Shown here one piece after another: positions 27,451 to 36,489 of a stretch of 64,000 bases of DNA. Position 1 is the stretch's first letter. Each line of letters starts with the position of its first letter. Below the pieces are notes generated by a model. That model was given only the letters and a program-made list of their open reading frames with translations. It was not told the DNA's origin and did not search any database. Position numbers and translations under genes: made by a program. This DNA is from Acidobacteriota bacterium (GTDB lineage: Bacteria > Acidobacteriota > UBA4820 > DSQY01), in assembly GCA_049967655.1 (NCBI GenBank), contig JBMFSH010000005.1, positions 29,264 to 93,263 on the forward strand, given 5' to 3'.

Positions 27451-28776
27451 CTACTCTCCGTACCGTTTCTGGTAGAACTCCTGGATCTTCGCGCGGTCCT
27501 CCTTGGAGAGCCCCTGCTTCAGCCAGCGGTTGGCCGGTTCGTTGAGAACGTCGGCCGTGACGCCCGGCAGAAGCGCCTCCGCCTCGGGAAGGAACCTGCT
27601 GTAGAAGTCCTTCGCCACCTCGTAAAAACCGTGCCACTGGACGTAGTCCGGGCCCATCATGGAGGCCCCCATCCGTGCGCGCCGGCCTTCGTGGTGCCAG
27701 AGTTCGAAGTAGTCCCACTGGATCTTCTGCGAGAAGGGCGAGGGGCCCAGTTTGCCAGCCGCCTGGAGCTTGGCCATGATGGCCTTGGCCGGCTCGCCGA
27801 ACTTGCTGTTGTAAAGATCCACCACGTCGTCGTACTGGACGTAGAAGTTGTTCACCCAGTCGGAGGCGTGGCAGTTGAGGCAGACCTTCTTCATCTCATC
27901 CCGCTTCTGCTGCCAATTCGGAAGGTGGATCGACACTTCGGGGCGGAGCGTCCAGGAGAGCCGCGTTCCCACGTCGTGGGTTTCGGCCACGCCCTTGGCG
28001 GCGCCCATGTGACAGGTGGCGCAGGTGGGAGCGGCGCTGTAGTCCTTGCCCAGCACCCAGGAGCGGGAGTCCAGGTTCATCTGGTCTTTCAGGGTGCGGT
28101 AGGTGACGCCGTGCTTGCTCTCGGCGTAGATCTCCTCCTGCGGGTGATCGGGGCCCAGGTGGCAGTAGCCGCAGCTCTCGGGCTGCCGGGCGATGGCCAC
28201 GGAGAAGGTGTGGCGGCTGTGACAGACCGAGCACGAGCCCTTGGAGCCATCCGGGTTGATGCGCCCGATACCCTCGTTGGGCCACGTGGCTGGGTCAAGC
28301 TTGCCGTCCTTCAGCACCTTGACCGTGCTGCCGTGACACTTGACGCAGCCGCTCACCGCGGCCGGAGGACCCTCCACGATGTCCCCGAGGACGTTGTCGA
28401 GGGAACCGAGGATCTGGCCGGCCTGGGCGTGGTGGCTTGCCTCGAACTGTGCCGTCTCGTCGGGGTGGCACTCGCCGCACTGCTTAGGCGTCACGACGAC
28501 GGAGATGCGCTGACCGTAGTGTTCGAAGCCGTCGGGGCGGCTCTTGTCCACCTGGTGGCACTCGAAACAGGCGATGCCGGCTTGGGCGTGGCGGCTCTGC
28601 GCCCACTGCTGGACGACGACGGGGTCCGCCTCCTTCTGATGGCAGGCGATGCAAGCCTGGCTCTCCTTGGAGGTCTGAGCGGCGAGGGCGGCGATGTCGG
28701 GCTGGGCGGCCAGGGCGGCGGCAGGGGCGAGCAGCGCGCAAAAGGACCAGAGTGCTACGATTCTTCTTGGTTCCAT
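27451..28776 (-). CDS. Octahaem hydroxylamine oxidoreductase (HAO)-family cytochrome c
   Basis: Eight CxxCH (CIACH, CFECH, CGECH, CVKCH, CSVCH, CGYCH, CATCH, CLNCH); CHLGPDHPQ; HHEGRRARMG...PDYVQWHG; signal peptide. Confidence 0.88.
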   Translation of the reverse strand: MEPRRIVALWSFCALLAPAAALAAQPDIAALAAQTSKESQACIACHQKEADPVVVQQWAQSRHAQAGIACFECHQVDKSRPDGFEHYGQRISVVVTPKQCGECHPDETAQFEASHHAQAGQILGSLDNVLGDIVEGPPAAVSGCVKCHGSTVKVLKDGKLDPATWPNEGIGRINPDGSKGSCSVCHSRHTFSVAIARQPESCGYCHLGPDHPQEEIYAESKHGVTYRTLKDQMNLDSRSWVLGKDYSAAPTCATCHMGAAKGVAETHDVGTRLSWTLRPEVSIHLPNWQQKRDEMKKVCLNCHASDWVNNFYVQYDDVVDLYNSKFGEPAKAIMAKLQAAGKLGPSPFSQKIQWDYFELWHHEGRRARMGASMMGPDYVQWHGFYEVAKDFYSRFLPEAEALLPGVTADVLNEPANRWLKQGLSKEDRAKIQEFYQKRYGE

Positions 28777-28843
28777 GGAACCCCCCATGAAAGGTGAGAT
28801 GCTCATCAATCCGTACGGCCCGTAAAGTTCCTCCCGAACGGGG

Positions 28844-28872
28844 CCGCCCGCGGGCAGGACGCCCGCGGGCGG
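28844..28872. other. Perfect 12-bp GC hairpin between cupin and HAO genes
   Basis: CCGCCCGCGGGC-AGGAC-GCCCGCGGGCGG; no U-tract. Confidence 0.6.
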
Positions 28873-28887
28873 ATCACGCCGTCCGAT

Positions 28888-29232
28888 TTATCGAATCGCC
28901 ACGGGAGAAGCGGCCTTCACCATGGTCAGGAGGAAGACCAGCCGCTCCCGCGCCGTGATGGCGTGGTTCAGGCCCGGAGGCATGACGAAGAGCGCGCCAG
29001 GTTTGGCCTCGTGGACCGTGCCGCCCAGCAGGAGGTCGCCGCTCCCCTCCAGGACCTGCACGACGGCTTCGAAGGGGGCCGTGTGCTCGCTGAGGGCCTG
29101 GCCCGGTTCGAAGCAGAAGAGCACCAGCTTCAGCGTCGGCGACTGGTAGAGGGTCTTGCTGACGATGCCGCTCTCGGCGAACTGGACGGCGGCACGAAGG
29201 TCTTGAACCGAGGGGACGAGGGGCTCGCTCAT
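28888..29232 (-). CDS. Cupin-domain protein
   Basis: GIVSKTL, FEPGQALSEHTAP, MPPGLNHAI. Confidence 0.87.
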   Translation of the reverse strand: MSEPLVPSVQDLRAAVQFAESGIVSKTLYQSPTLKLVLFCFEPGQALSEHTAPFEAVVQVLEGSGDLLLGGTVHEAKPGALFVMPPGLNHAITARERLVFLLTMVKAASPVAIR

Positions 29233-29247
29233 GCTTGGATTCTCCTC

Positions 29248-31539
29248 TCAGGCCTTGGCCGGTGCAAGGTCTCGCTTGGCGTAGGACCGTAGCGCCGCAA
29301 TGACGATGGGTACGACGCCCGCCAAGATGAAGGTCACGTCGGCCACGATGCGGAGCCATTCGAGGGTGTGGAAGGTGCCCGTCATGAGGAAGCTGAGCCG
29401 CCGCGCGTGCCAGTAACCGTGGGTCACCGAGTCCCAGAGCTGAAGGACGCCCGCGGGGAAGAGGTCGAGCAGGACCATGAGGCCGAGCCCCACGTTCAAG
29501 CCCACGAAGCCGGCCTTGACGAACTTCTCCGTTCCGGCCCAGACGGCGTCGCTCTGCATCGCCCGCAGGCAGAAGACCAGCACGCCAAGGGCGAGGAAGC
29601 CGAAGACGCCGAACATGGCGGCGTGGGCATGGTTCGCCGTGAGGGTCGTGCCGATCTCGAAGTAGGAGACCACGGGCAGGTTGATGAGGAAGCCGAAGAT
29701 GCCCGCGCCCACGAAGTTCCAGAAGCCCACGGCCATGAGGAAGTAGAGGGCCCACTTCTGTTGGATGGCCAGGGAATTGGCGCCCTGGGCGCCGGAGCCC
29801 CTCGTGAGCTTGATGAAGTCCCACGCATCGAGCGTGAGCAGGGTCAGGGGGACGATCTCCAGGGCCGAGAAGCAGGCGCCAAGGGCCATGGTGAGGGGCA
29901 CCTCGCCGGTGAAGTACCAGTGGTGCCCGGTTCCCACGATGCCGCCCGCCAGGTAGAGGATGGCGTCGAGGTAGACCACGCGCGTCGCGTTCTTCGTGCT
30001 CACCAGCCCCATCTGGTTGAACATGATGGCCACCAGCACCGTGGCGAAGAGCTCGAAGAATCCCTCCACCCAGAGGTGGATGATCCAGAATCGCCAGTTG
30101 TCGATCACGGCGAAGTTGGTGTGCGGGCCGTAAAAGAGGGCGGGCAGATAGAAAACGGGAATGGCCACGGCGGCGTAGAGGAAGAGAGAAGCGAGCTCGC
30201 CCTTCCCGGGCAGCTTGATGGCCGGCTTGAGGGCCCGGAACATGAGGTAGAGCCAGAAGATCAGCCCCACCGCCAGCAGAAGCTGCCAGAAGCGCCCGAG
30301 GTCCAGGTATTCCGAGCCCTGGTCGCCCACCCAGAACCAGAGGCGCCCCAGGAGATCGTTCAGGCCGAGGTACTCGCCGAAGAGGCTCCCCAGGACGACT
30401 ACTACGAGGGCGCCCAAGAGCAGATTGGTGCCGAGCTTCTGCCCCTTGGGCTCCTTCCCGCCGACCCACGGCGCCAGGAAGAGGCCGCCGCCGACCCAGG
30501 CCGTGGCGATCCAGAAGATGGCGAGCTGGAGGTGCCACGTGCGGAGGAGCGTCCACGGGAGGTATTTAGCGATGTTGATCCCGTAGAAGGCGAAGGGCTC
30601 GACGCGGTAGTGGGCCAGCGCGCCCCCTACGAGGGTCTGCAGGAGGAAGAGGAGCGCTACGACCACGAAGTACTTTCCCGTGGCCCACTGGCTCGGCGTC
30701 AGGCTCAAGCTTCCCTTGGCGGCGCCCGAGAGCTCGTCGGTTGTGCCGTCCCCCTTCCACCCGAGGTAGTTGAACTTGCCGAAGATGAAGAGGACAAGCC
30801 CGAGCCCCGCCAGGAGCACCACGAGGCTCAGCGCGCTCCAGAGATAGGCTTCGGTGGGAGGGTGGTTGCCGACGAGGGGCTCGTAGGGCCAGTTGTTGGT
30901 ATAGGAGTAGTCCTTTCCGGGGCGGCGCGCGACCGTGGCCCAGGCGGCCCATGCGAAGTAGGAGCTGAGGTCTTGTAGGTCCTTCGGATTCTTGATGTAG
31001 TCGGCGGGAAGCCCTGGCGCGTGGTCCTTCTGGGTGAAGTAGGCAGCCCACTCCTTCGCCTGCGTCTGGTAGGCGGCCACCTCGCCGGGCGTGAAGACCA
31101 GGGTCTTGGTTGCGGCGTCGTAGCGGTTCTTTTGAAGGGAGGAGGCCGTCTCCGCCTTCACGGCATCGGCCTGGCCCGCCGTGAGCTGGTCCAGGGGCTT
31201 GCCGAAATGCTCCTGAGCGACGGTCTGCTGGTCAATGAGAGCCAGTCGGTGAAGGTACTCGGCGCTGTAGTCGGGTCCCAGGTAGGCTCCGTGGCCCCAG
31301 AGGGTCCCGTGCTCCATGAGACCGTACTTGAGGAACACGGCCTGGCCGCGCTCGATGTCGCGGCCGGTCATGACGGTCGCCCCGGAGCCATCCACGACCT
31401 TCTCGGGAATGGGCGGGGCGTACTTGTAGCTGAGCATGGTCACGATGGAGAGGATGGAGAATCCGGCGATCATCACGAGGATCGCCGTGTGCCTCCACCA
31501 GGGCGAAAGAGGTTTAACGTTCTCGGAAACCGATGCCAT
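29248..31539 (-). CDS. norZ: Quinol-dependent nitric oxide reductase (qNor)
   Basis: GHGAYLGPD, WHLQL, HLWVEGFFE, GTGHHWY, NHAH; 763 aa single subunit. Confidence 0.93.
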   Translation of the reverse strand: MASVSENVKPLSPWWRHTAILVMIAGFSILSIVTMLSYKYAPPIPEKVVDGSGATVMTGRDIERGQAVFLKYGLMEHGTLWGHGAYLGPDYSAEYLHRLALIDQQTVAQEHFGKPLDQLTAGQADAVKAETASSLQKNRYDAATKTLVFTPGEVAAYQTQAKEWAAYFTQKDHAPGLPADYIKNPKDLQDLSSYFAWAAWATVARRPGKDYSYTNNWPYEPLVGNHPPTEAYLWSALSLVVLLAGLGLVLFIFGKFNYLGWKGDGTTDELSGAAKGSLSLTPSQWATGKYFVVVALLFLLQTLVGGALAHYRVEPFAFYGINIAKYLPWTLLRTWHLQLAIFWIATAWVGGGLFLAPWVGGKEPKGQKLGTNLLLGALVVVVLGSLFGEYLGLNDLLGRLWFWVGDQGSEYLDLGRFWQLLLAVGLIFWLYLMFRALKPAIKLPGKGELASLFLYAAVAIPVFYLPALFYGPHTNFAVIDNWRFWIIHLWVEGFFELFATVLVAIMFNQMGLVSTKNATRVVYLDAILYLAGGIVGTGHHWYFTGEVPLTMALGACFSALEIVPLTLLTLDAWDFIKLTRGSGAQGANSLAIQQKWALYFLMAVGFWNFVGAGIFGFLINLPVVSYFEIGTTLTANHAHAAMFGVFGFLALGVLVFCLRAMQSDAVWAGTEKFVKAGFVGLNVGLGLMVLLDLFPAGVLQLWDSVTHGYWHARRLSFLMTGTFHTLEWLRIVADVTFILAGVVPIVIAALRSYAKRDLAPAKA

Positions 31540-31619
31540 GGGCCTGCTCCTCCTTTGTATTCACCTTCACTTTACGCCCGTTACAGTATGCAAAGCCGAG
31601 CGGCGCCGCCCTTCCCTTC

Positions 31620-32231
31620 TCACATGTGCCCGGGGCAACCCACGCAGGCGGCACCTTCAGCCATACGGGAGGCATCGGGGGGATAGGCTTCAATGAGACG
31701 CTCGGCCAATGCGTGGTAGCGCTCGTGGGTGCCTTCTCCCATTTCGTTCCGTTCGAAGAGCTCCATGGCGGCGGCGAGCTTGTCCATCTCCTCCGGCGGG
31801 ATGGCCTGCTGGGCCATGGGGTAGAGGATGTTGTCCTCCTTCATGATGTGGGCGCGGATGAGCGGGACGTAAGCGGCCCCGTGTTCGATGACCGCCTGGC
31901 GCTCGTCCTCGGTCAGGGGGCCGTCGCCCGCGCCGATGGAGGCCAGCACGCCGATGTGGTCGCGTCCCTCGCGGTGTTCGGCGATCATCACGGCCACGGG
32001 GCCGAACTCTTTGGGGAAGCCGAACTGGTTCATGAGGACGAAGAGGCGATCCTCCTCCTTGCCGTGGTGGCACTTGTCCGTGAAGGTGCGGAAGAAATCG
32101 GCGTAATCCCGCACGGTCTGGCGATCGGCCTCGGCCTGGCGGTCCAGATTGGCCACGAAGGTATCGAGCGAACCGGCCACCTGCTCAATGAGGCGGTGCT
32201 CGTGCATGAGGGTCTCAAGCGCTTCGACCAT
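31620..32231 (-). CDS. Hemerythrin HHE-domain protein
   Basis: EH, HHGKEE, EH, HIMKED; AAGGAGG RBS. Confidence 0.88.
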   Translation of the reverse strand: MVEALETLMHEHRLIEQVAGSLDTFVANLDRQAEADRQTVRDYADFFRTFTDKCHHGKEEDRLFVLMNQFGFPKEFGPVAVMIAEHREGRDHIGVLASIGAGDGPLTEDERQAVIEHGAAYVPLIRAHIMKEDNILYPMAQQAIPPEEMDKLAAAMELFERNEMGEGTHERYHALAERLIEAYPPDASRMAEGAACVGCPGHM

Positions 32232-32283
32232 AGGATTTACCTCCTTAGAAGGGGTGCGACGGGGAGCGTCGGCCGGGGCATAG

Positions 32284-32697
32284 TCACTCCGCCAGGGGCT
32301 GATGCCCCGAACGGAGATCGGCGACGGTGGTTTTCTCCAGCAGGGTGTCGTATTCACTCTGCACGCGAGTCCAGCGGGAATGCAGCGGACAGGGGTGGGC
32401 CTCGTCGCAGGCCCGGAGGCCGAAGACACACTGCCTGGGCAGGGACGAGCCCTCGAAGAGCTCCAGGACGCGCCCGATGGGCTGCGCCAGGGCCTGCTCC
32501 CTCAGCAAGAAGCCCCCGCCCCAGCCCTTCTGGCTTTCGACGAAGCCTCGCTTGCGGAGCTGGTTCAAGATCTTGGACAGGTAGTTGGCGGGAATCCGCG
32601 TGGCCTCGGCGATCTGGCCACCCTGGACCCATTGCCCTGGGCGGTCGGCGAGGAAGCCGAGAGTCATGAGCGCGTATTTCGTGGTCTGAGAGATCAT
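32284..32697 (-). CDS. Rrf2-family transcriptional regulator with three Cys
   Basis: KYAL, YLSKIL, KGWGGGF, C-x6-C-x5-CPLH. Confidence 0.9.
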   Translation of the reverse strand: MISQTTKYALMTLGFLADRPGQWVQGGQIAEATRIPANYLSKILNQLRKRGFVESQKGWGGGFLLREQALAQPIGRVLELFEGSSLPRQCVFGLRACDEAHPCPLHSRWTRVQSEYDTLLEKTTVADLRSGHQPLAE

Positions 32698-32716
32698 CTC
32701 ATCACCTCAAGACATG

Positions 32717-32745
32717 AATATATCCATAGAAATCGAAAAAGTCAA
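32717..32745 (-). promoter_or_regulatory. sigma70 promoter of the Rrf2-qNor operon
   Basis: Minus strand TTGACT-N17-TATATT in an AT-rich intergenic patch. Confidence 0.72.
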
Positions 32746-32918
32746 GCCCCTCCTCCATCGTCTTTTTCCCTGTTATCTCTCCATGAGAAAAGGCGGATTC
32801 ACAAAGTAAGGTCAACAGGATACGGAGCCTGGTTCGTTCACGGGGGGCGCCGGGGAATCTGCCGTGGGCCGTAATCGCGTGCAGTGGTGGACAACGATCC
32901 TGTTGCCCGCGGCCCGGC

Positions 32919-34547
32919 TCACCAAGGCTTCATGCCGGGGCTACTCTCGGTATGCGGCTTGAGCTGGTCCTGAAGAGCCTTCGGCGGCGGCATGTGGAGC
33001 TGTTCGAGGACGTCCGGCGGCTTGGGTGGCGGCGGTTGTCTCGGCGGGTTCTTCTCTGGAGGGGGAGGCGGTTCGGGTGGCAGGGAGCGCAAGATCCATT
33101 CGTACAGCAGCTCCGCCTGGCGGTCCTGCGGGTCCATGACGAGGCGCGTCTTCAGTGCCCCCAAAGCCTTGTCCCTGTCGCCCTCCTGGACGAAGGCCTC
33201 GGCGAGGTTGTACAGGGCCACCCCCTTTACCTCCGGATCGGGGCCCGCCAGGGCGAGCATGAATTCCTCCCTGGCCGCCTGGGGCTTTTTCAGCGCCAGG
33301 AGGCAGGTGCCCCGATCGTAGTGAAGTAGGGCGCGGAGATCGGGCGTGTGCGCCTCCTGCTGAGCGCGTTCGTACAGCCCCTCGGCCAGCTCCACCTGGC
33401 CTGAGTGGTAGGCATCGAAAGCCTGTTTCGCCAGGTGGGACGCGGACTGGCCGCGCGCGGGAGAAGGCGTTAGCACCGCTGCGGCGGTGATGAGGAGAGC
33501 CATGACCATGGCGCCAACGGCGTTGGCGTCGTCGCTGGGTGGTCTGGATCGACCCCGCGGCATCCTCCGCCCGGGAATCAGCATCGCGAGTAGGAGCAGA
33601 AAGAGGGCGGGCCCGAGGAACCAAGCGTACTGGTCTTGCCGCATGGCCCGGGACTGGGAGGCGTACTCCTTACGCTTGAGATGGCCCAGCTCCTCCATGA
33701 TGGCGGGCACGGCGCTGCCCGCGCCGCTCAAGGACCAGTAGCGGCCGTCTGTTAGGGCGGCCACCTGGCGGAGGACCTCCTCGTGAAGCGAGGAGTGCGC
33801 CGGTCCGCCGGTGGAGGGGTCGATCACCGGCTTTCCGCCAGGACCCGGGACCGTGCCGCCCGCCGTGGTTCCCACGCCCACGCAGAAGATCTTCACCCCC
33901 CTGGCCGCCGCCTTGCGCGCCGCCGCGGCCGTGTTCTGCGCCTGGTCTTCGCCGTCGGAGAGGATCAGGATCACCTGATCGCGGTCCCTCTGCTCGGGAA
34001 GCAGCTTGAGGGCCTTCAGAATGGCGCGGCCGATGTCCGTCCCCTGTACGGGGATGAGATCGGAGTCGGCCACGTCCAGGAGCATGTTGATGGCCCCGCT
34101 GTCTTCGGTGAGCGGAGAGAGGATGACCGGAACCCCGCTGAAGGCGACGAGCCCGAAGCGGTCGTCGCGGTCGCTGGCCAGAAGGCTCCTGATCTCAAGC
34201 CGGGCGCGCTCCAACCGAGAGGGCGGGGTGTCGTTCACGTCCATGCTTCGGCTGGTGTCCAGGCATACCACCACGTCCAGCCCGACTTTCTCTACCGTCT
34301 CGGCCACCTCGCCCCACTGCGGACGGGCGAATCCCACTAGCGCGAGGGCGAAGGCGAGCCAGACGCACGCGGCCGCCACGAGGTCCCATTCTCGCGCCGG
34401 GGGCCTGGCCAGCTCCCGCAGGCGCTCCTGTCCGCCCCAGCGCAGAAGCGCCCTCGATCTGCGGAAGCGCCCCACCAAGGCCAGCGCCAGGAGCACGGGG
34501 AAAAGCCAGAGAAGCCAGATGCCGGCGGGGTTGGCGAAGAGGGTCAC
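32919..34547 (-). CDS. BatB-like VWA protein fused to TPR (BatC-like) region
   Basis: ARPQWG, DTSRSM MIDAS, SDGED; second TM, TPR helices, Pro-rich C-terminus. Confidence 0.85.
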   Translation of the reverse strand: MTLFANPAGIWLLWLFPVLLALALVGRFRRSRALLRWGGQERLRELARPPAREWDLVAAACVWLAFALALVGFARPQWGEVAETVEKVGLDVVVCLDTSRSMDVNDTPPSRLERARLEIRSLLASDRDDRFGLVAFSGVPVILSPLTEDSGAINMLLDVADSDLIPVQGTDIGRAILKALKLLPEQRDRDQVILILSDGEDQAQNTAAAARKAAARGVKIFCVGVGTTAGGTVPGPGGKPVIDPSTGGPAHSSLHEEVLRQVAALTDGRYWSLSGAGSAVPAIMEELGHLKRKEYASQSRAMRQDQYAWFLGPALFLLLLAMLIPGRRMPRGRSRPPSDDANAVGAMVMALLITAAAVLTPSPARGQSASHLAKQAFDAYHSGQVELAEGLYERAQQEAHTPDLRALLHYDRGTCLLALKKPQAAREEFMLALAGPDPEVKGVALYNLAEAFVQEGDRDKALGALKTRLVMDPQDRQAELLYEWILRSLPPEPPPPPEKNPPRQPPPPKPPDVLEQLHMPPPKALQDQLKPHTESSPGMKPW

Positions 34548-35545
34548 GGCACCATCCTCCCGGGGCCGCCCTGCCAGAGGACCAGGGCGGCGAGGCAGAA
34601 GAGGGCGACGGCTAGCGGATAGAGGAACAGGTCGCGGTAGCGGACGTAGCCCGAGGTGGTGATCTTGCTCCGCTCCAGCCGGTCGATGGCTTGGAAGATT
34701 TTGGAGAGGGTTCCGGTATCAGAGGCGCTGAAGTAGACCCCGTCCGTGATGTGGGCGATCTCCCTCAGGGTCTCCTCGTTGAAGCCGATGTGGACGTACT
34801 GGTAGGTCTTGCGGCCGTTCTCGTCGGCGATGGGGTAGGGCACGACCCCCTTGCTGCCGATCCCCACCGCGTCCACGCGGATCTTGTGGTCCTTGAGCAG
34901 CCGCGCGGCCTGCAAAGGATCGAACTGCCCCCGGTTGTTCTCCCCGTCGGTGAGAAGGATGATCACCTTGCTCTTCTCCGGGGCCGAGAGGAGCCGCTTG
35001 CCCGCCGCCACCAGGGCGTCGCCGATGGCGGTCCCGTCCAGATCGGGGCGGTTCACCGCGTTCACCTCCTGAACGATGGAGAGCAGGGTGCGGTGGTCGA
35101 GCGTCAGGGGGCAGCGGAGAAAGGGCACCGCGGCGAAGGTGATCAGGCCCATGCGGTCATTGGGGCGCTTGCGGACGAAATCGGAGAGGACGGCCTTGGC
35201 GACGTCGATGCGGTTGTTGGGCTGGAAGTCCTCGGCGATCATGCTTCCCGAGACGTCCAGGCAGACCATGATGGCCACGCCCTCCGTGGTGACCTGGGTC
35301 CGGGCCGTCCTGATGGCCGGCCTCGCCAGAGCGAGGGCCGCCGCGGCGAAGGCCGCCGTCATGAGGCCCGCGGAGATCCAAGGCAGAAAGCGGTTGCGTC
35401 CGCCGAGGGCCTCGAGCAGCGTGGCCGGCGGGTAGGGAACGGCCCGCCGGGCCCTGTGAAAGAGCCAGGCCCTGTAAGCCAGGTGGACCGGAACCGCGAG
35501 CAGGAGCCAGAGCCAGGCCGGGTGGCGGAACACGAACTCGCTCAT
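34544..35545 (-). CDS. batA: BatA-like VWA protein
   Basis: LDVSGSM, GTAIGD, LLTDGENN. Confidence 0.85.
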   Translation of the reverse strand: MSEFVFRHPAWLWLLLAVPVHLAYRAWLFHRARRAVPYPPATLLEALGGRNRFLPWISAGLMTAAFAAAALALARPAIRTARTQVTTEGVAIMVCLDVSGSMIAEDFQPNNRIDVAKAVLSDFVRKRPNDRMGLITFAAVPFLRCPLTLDHRTLLSIVQEVNAVNRPDLDGTAIGDALVAAGKRLLSAPEKSKVIILLTDGENNRGQFDPLQAARLLKDHKIRVDAVGIGSKGVVPYPIADENGRKTYQYVHIGFNEETLREIAHITDGVYFSASDTGTLSKIFQAIDRLERSKITTSGYVRYRDLFLYPLAVALFCLAALVLWQGGPGRMVP

Positions 35546-36489
35546 GATGCCTTCTCCAGCGGACGGGGAGGGGCCACGGCCGCCAGAAGCCGGTGGATGC
35601 GGTTCCAGGCCTGGGCCTCCTCCTCCTCCTCGGGCCGATAGCGGGCGAAGCAGGCGCGGTCGCTGAAGACCAGGACCCACAGGAGGTCCTCAGCGGCGGC
35701 GCCCTGGAGCTGCTCAGCCCGAGTGCAGTTCGCACGGACCTCGGAGGTGGTCCACTCCAAGAAGGGAAGGCCGAACCGCAGCTCCAGATACTCTCGCAGC
35801 AGCTGGGACACCTGCGCGTAGCGCGCGTCGGGCGGGAGGGCGCCGGCCCGGAGGCGCTCCATCTCCTGGCGGATCCAGCGCTCCGGGTCGGTCTCCCTCA
35901 AGGAGGGCTTCTGGGCGGGGCGCTTCGGCCTTTGGCGCAGGTGCCGCCTCCACAGAAGAACGCCAGCGAAGGCGAGGGCCGAAGCGAGCAGGGCCAGTGC
36001 ACCCCAGCCCCACGGAAAGGGGAGCGGTACGGGCAGGAGCGGCTCGGGAGGAGGCTGGGGTTGGCGGCCCGGAGGCAGAAGGGGCATGATCGAAATGGGC
36101 GGCGGAGTCACGGTGTAGACCAGGACCGATCCGGGCAGGTGGACCGCCACGCGGGCGGGAGGGAGCGACACCACGCCGGTGGCGAAGAGTTGGGCCGTCA
36201 GATCGAGCCTCAGGACCCCGGGAAAGGTCTCGGGGGGATGCTGGCGGATGGTGGCGATGCGTGCTGCTCCCCAGTCCGCTCCCTCGGTGAGGTCTCCCTC
36301 CAGGTAGAAGGAGGCCGCGGGGATGGGGATGTCGATCTCAAGCGGGATGAGGTTCCCGAGGTGGTAGACGCCGGGGGTCCACTGGGACGGGACGGCCTGG
36401 GGCGGAGGCTCCGCCGCCGCGTGGATTGCGCCGGATGTGGGAAGCAAGACGATCGCCGCGGCCAGGGCGTACGCTGCGAACCGTTTCAT
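35542..36489 (-). CDS. Bat-operon single-pass membrane protein
   Basis: Signal peptide, TM, LREYLE...TTSE, FARY motifs; overlaps both neighbours. Confidence 0.72.
   Translation of the reverse strand: MKRFAAYALAAAIVLLPTSGAIHAAAEPPPQAVPSQWTPGVYHLGNLIPLEIDIPIPAASFYLEGDLTEGADWGAARIATIRQHPPETFPGVLRLDLTAQLFATGVVSLPPARVAVHLPGSVLVYTVTPPPISIMPLLPPGRQPQPPPEPLLPVPLPFPWGWGALALLASALAFAGVLLWRRHLRQRPKRPAQKPSLRETDPERWIRQEMERLRAGALPPDARYAQVSQLLREYLELRFGLPFLEWTTSEVRANCTRAEQLQGAAAEDLLWVLVFSDRACFARYRPEEEEEAQAWNRIHRLLAAVAPPRPLEKAS

Noticed and set aside
29248..31539. NO dismutase (Nod) instead of qNor
   Set aside because: The canonical HLWVEGFFE, GHH and quinol-site His/Asp residues are all retained
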